From NCBI RefSeq assembly GCF_037042905.1, contig NC_087245.1:38628001-38692000 (forward strand): 64,000 nt of DNA, written 5' to 3'. Below the pieces are notes generated by a model, which was not told the DNA's origin, did not search any database, and saw only the letters and a list, made by a program, of their open reading frames with translations. Positions 62,869-64,000 of the stretch are shown here, piece after piece. Numbering within the stretch: position 1 is the first letter of the stretch; the number at the start of each line of letters is the position of its first letter. The position numbers and the translations under genes are program-made. This DNA comes from Lytechinus pictus (Eukaryota).

Positions 62869-62959
62869 TTCTTTCGGCTAAAAGGCCAAAGTATCACCAC
62901 TATCGGCTAATTTTTCTGCTTTCTCAGCAGGAAAATTATTCTCTGCAAAAGGCACTAGC

Positions 62960-63030
62960 ACAACAGTGGGAATCAAATCTGTGCCATCAGAATCCAATAC
63001 CCTGCTGTACCGACTGAGCTATCACGCCTC
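62960..63030 (-). mobile_element. Degenerate tRNA-like/SINE head
   Basis: Minus strand GGCGTGATAGCTCAGTCGGTA (A box) and degenerate B box GATTTGATTCC. Confidence 0.35.
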
Positions 63031-63346
63031 CCGATGCAATCGATTTTATGAATATGCTAATAAGAGAACTAATAGTGCCTGCTCATTTAATGTTACATAA
63101 GATAGTAAACTCGTTAACCAGTAATTTTACAATTTGGTTAACCTGTGAGTCAGATGATTTGCTACTTGTGATGTATATTTTGTCTGTCTTTAATCTGATT
63201 ATTTGTCTGTAAATGATTTAATTTTCAATTAAATGATTTTTTATCAACAATCCAAACAGACCTCAGACTTATATTTCTGAAGTGTATTTCAATGTAGATT
63301 GATAGCTGGATCTACTGTAATGAATTTCTGAAGATACTTATGCAGA

Positions 63347-63570
63347 CATTGTTGCAATTCGATGGATTCACAATACGATGCGCCACCAATCGGTTTCAGC
63401 CGACAGGCCGAAATTTGCAATGCCCCATTAGAAAAAGCCGACATCTGTTGTTGTTTTGCGCTAGTGCATGTATATCCACCTCTATGCATGCATGATGTCG
63501 ACCCCCAAAGTTAGAAATTGGCCTGCAACCGGTAGATGGCGCACCGTATTGTGAATCCATTGAATTGTAG
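63347..63570. mobile_element. MITE, ~220 bp
   Basis: CAATTCGATGGATTCACAATACGATGCGCCA / TGGCGCACCGTATTGTGAATCCATTGAATTG. Confidence 0.65.
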
Positions 63571-63709
63571 AAACATATTACTTAAGATTTTGCAAAAATC
63601 CATCAGAAAATAAGCCATGGATCTTTCAAGTTTTACCATTGTGACATCACAAGTGAGCAGCTCCCCCGTTTGTCATGTGATATTAATTCCATGGAATGTA
63701 ATGAGAATA

Positions 63710-63986
63710 ATTGATGATGAAATGATGATGAAAATCCATATTTCATTATTAGAAATACACATGAAATAAAATACTCAGAAAACTTGCTTTGCCCAATCGA
63801 TCGTGGGCCCGGCAGCCGCTGTGCAGCGCCAGATCGACGAGGCTCTATCCCTTTAATCGTTGAACGTTGAACAGGGTAGCAGCAACTTCCATCTTTTAAC
63901 GTCTTTTGGTCTGACGCGGCCGGGGTTTGAACCCCCGACCTCCCGGTTGTGAGACAGACGCTCGTCCAACTGAGCCAATGCACTGG
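63710..63986 (-). mobile_element. tRNA-derived SINE, apparently full length
   Basis: A box TGGCTCAGTTGG, B box GGTTCAAACCC, body, (ATC)n-like tail. Confidence 0.75.
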
Positions 63987-64000
63987 TTACAATATTTACT

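Noticed and set aside
59826..63017. Very long ORFs (544, 1014 and 517 aa) on both strands
   Set aside because: By-product of a stop-free 42-bp (14-codon) tandem unit; no synonymous variation or splice context
63905..63986. tRNA gene
   Set aside because: Has A and B boxes, but I could not fold a full cloverleaf, and it continues into a SINE body and simple-repeat tail

Overview
AT-rich, intron-rich animal genomic DNA. The repeat style suggests a marine invertebrate such as a sea urchin (inference). The left half (1-33.3 kb) holds two head-to-head spliced genes. One is an OSBPL1A/ORP1L-like gene on the minus strand (12 coding exons, 174-11316: acidic N-terminal extension, ankyrin repeats, PH domain), which runs off the left edge. 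The other is a complete PIGS (GPI transamidase subunit PIG-S) gene on the plus strand (14 coding exons, 16903-33309, 552 aa). Their introns carry many MITEs, microsatellites and a palindromic Penelope-like element with hammerhead-like motifs. The most unusual feature starts about 0.9 kb after the PIGS stop codon: a ~24-kb block (34.2-58.6 kb) built almost entirely of short, mostly terminus-less coding fragments from about a dozen unrelated transposon genes. These include BEL/Pao and Gypsy integrase, P-element/THAP9 transposase, Harbinger nuclease and Myb/SANT, MADF, a Kolobok/Mutator-like transposase, SGNH esterase, Helentron PIF1 helicase and C2H2 zinc fingers. Every recognisable fragment is coded on the minus strand, and the fragments are amplified as a ~0.91-0.93 kb chimeric monomer nested in 4-5 kb higher-order units. 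This is the architecture expected of a uni-strand antisense (flamenco-like) piRNA cluster; that function is inferred, not shown. The window ends with a ~3-kb 42-bp tandem array and tRNA-derived SINEs.
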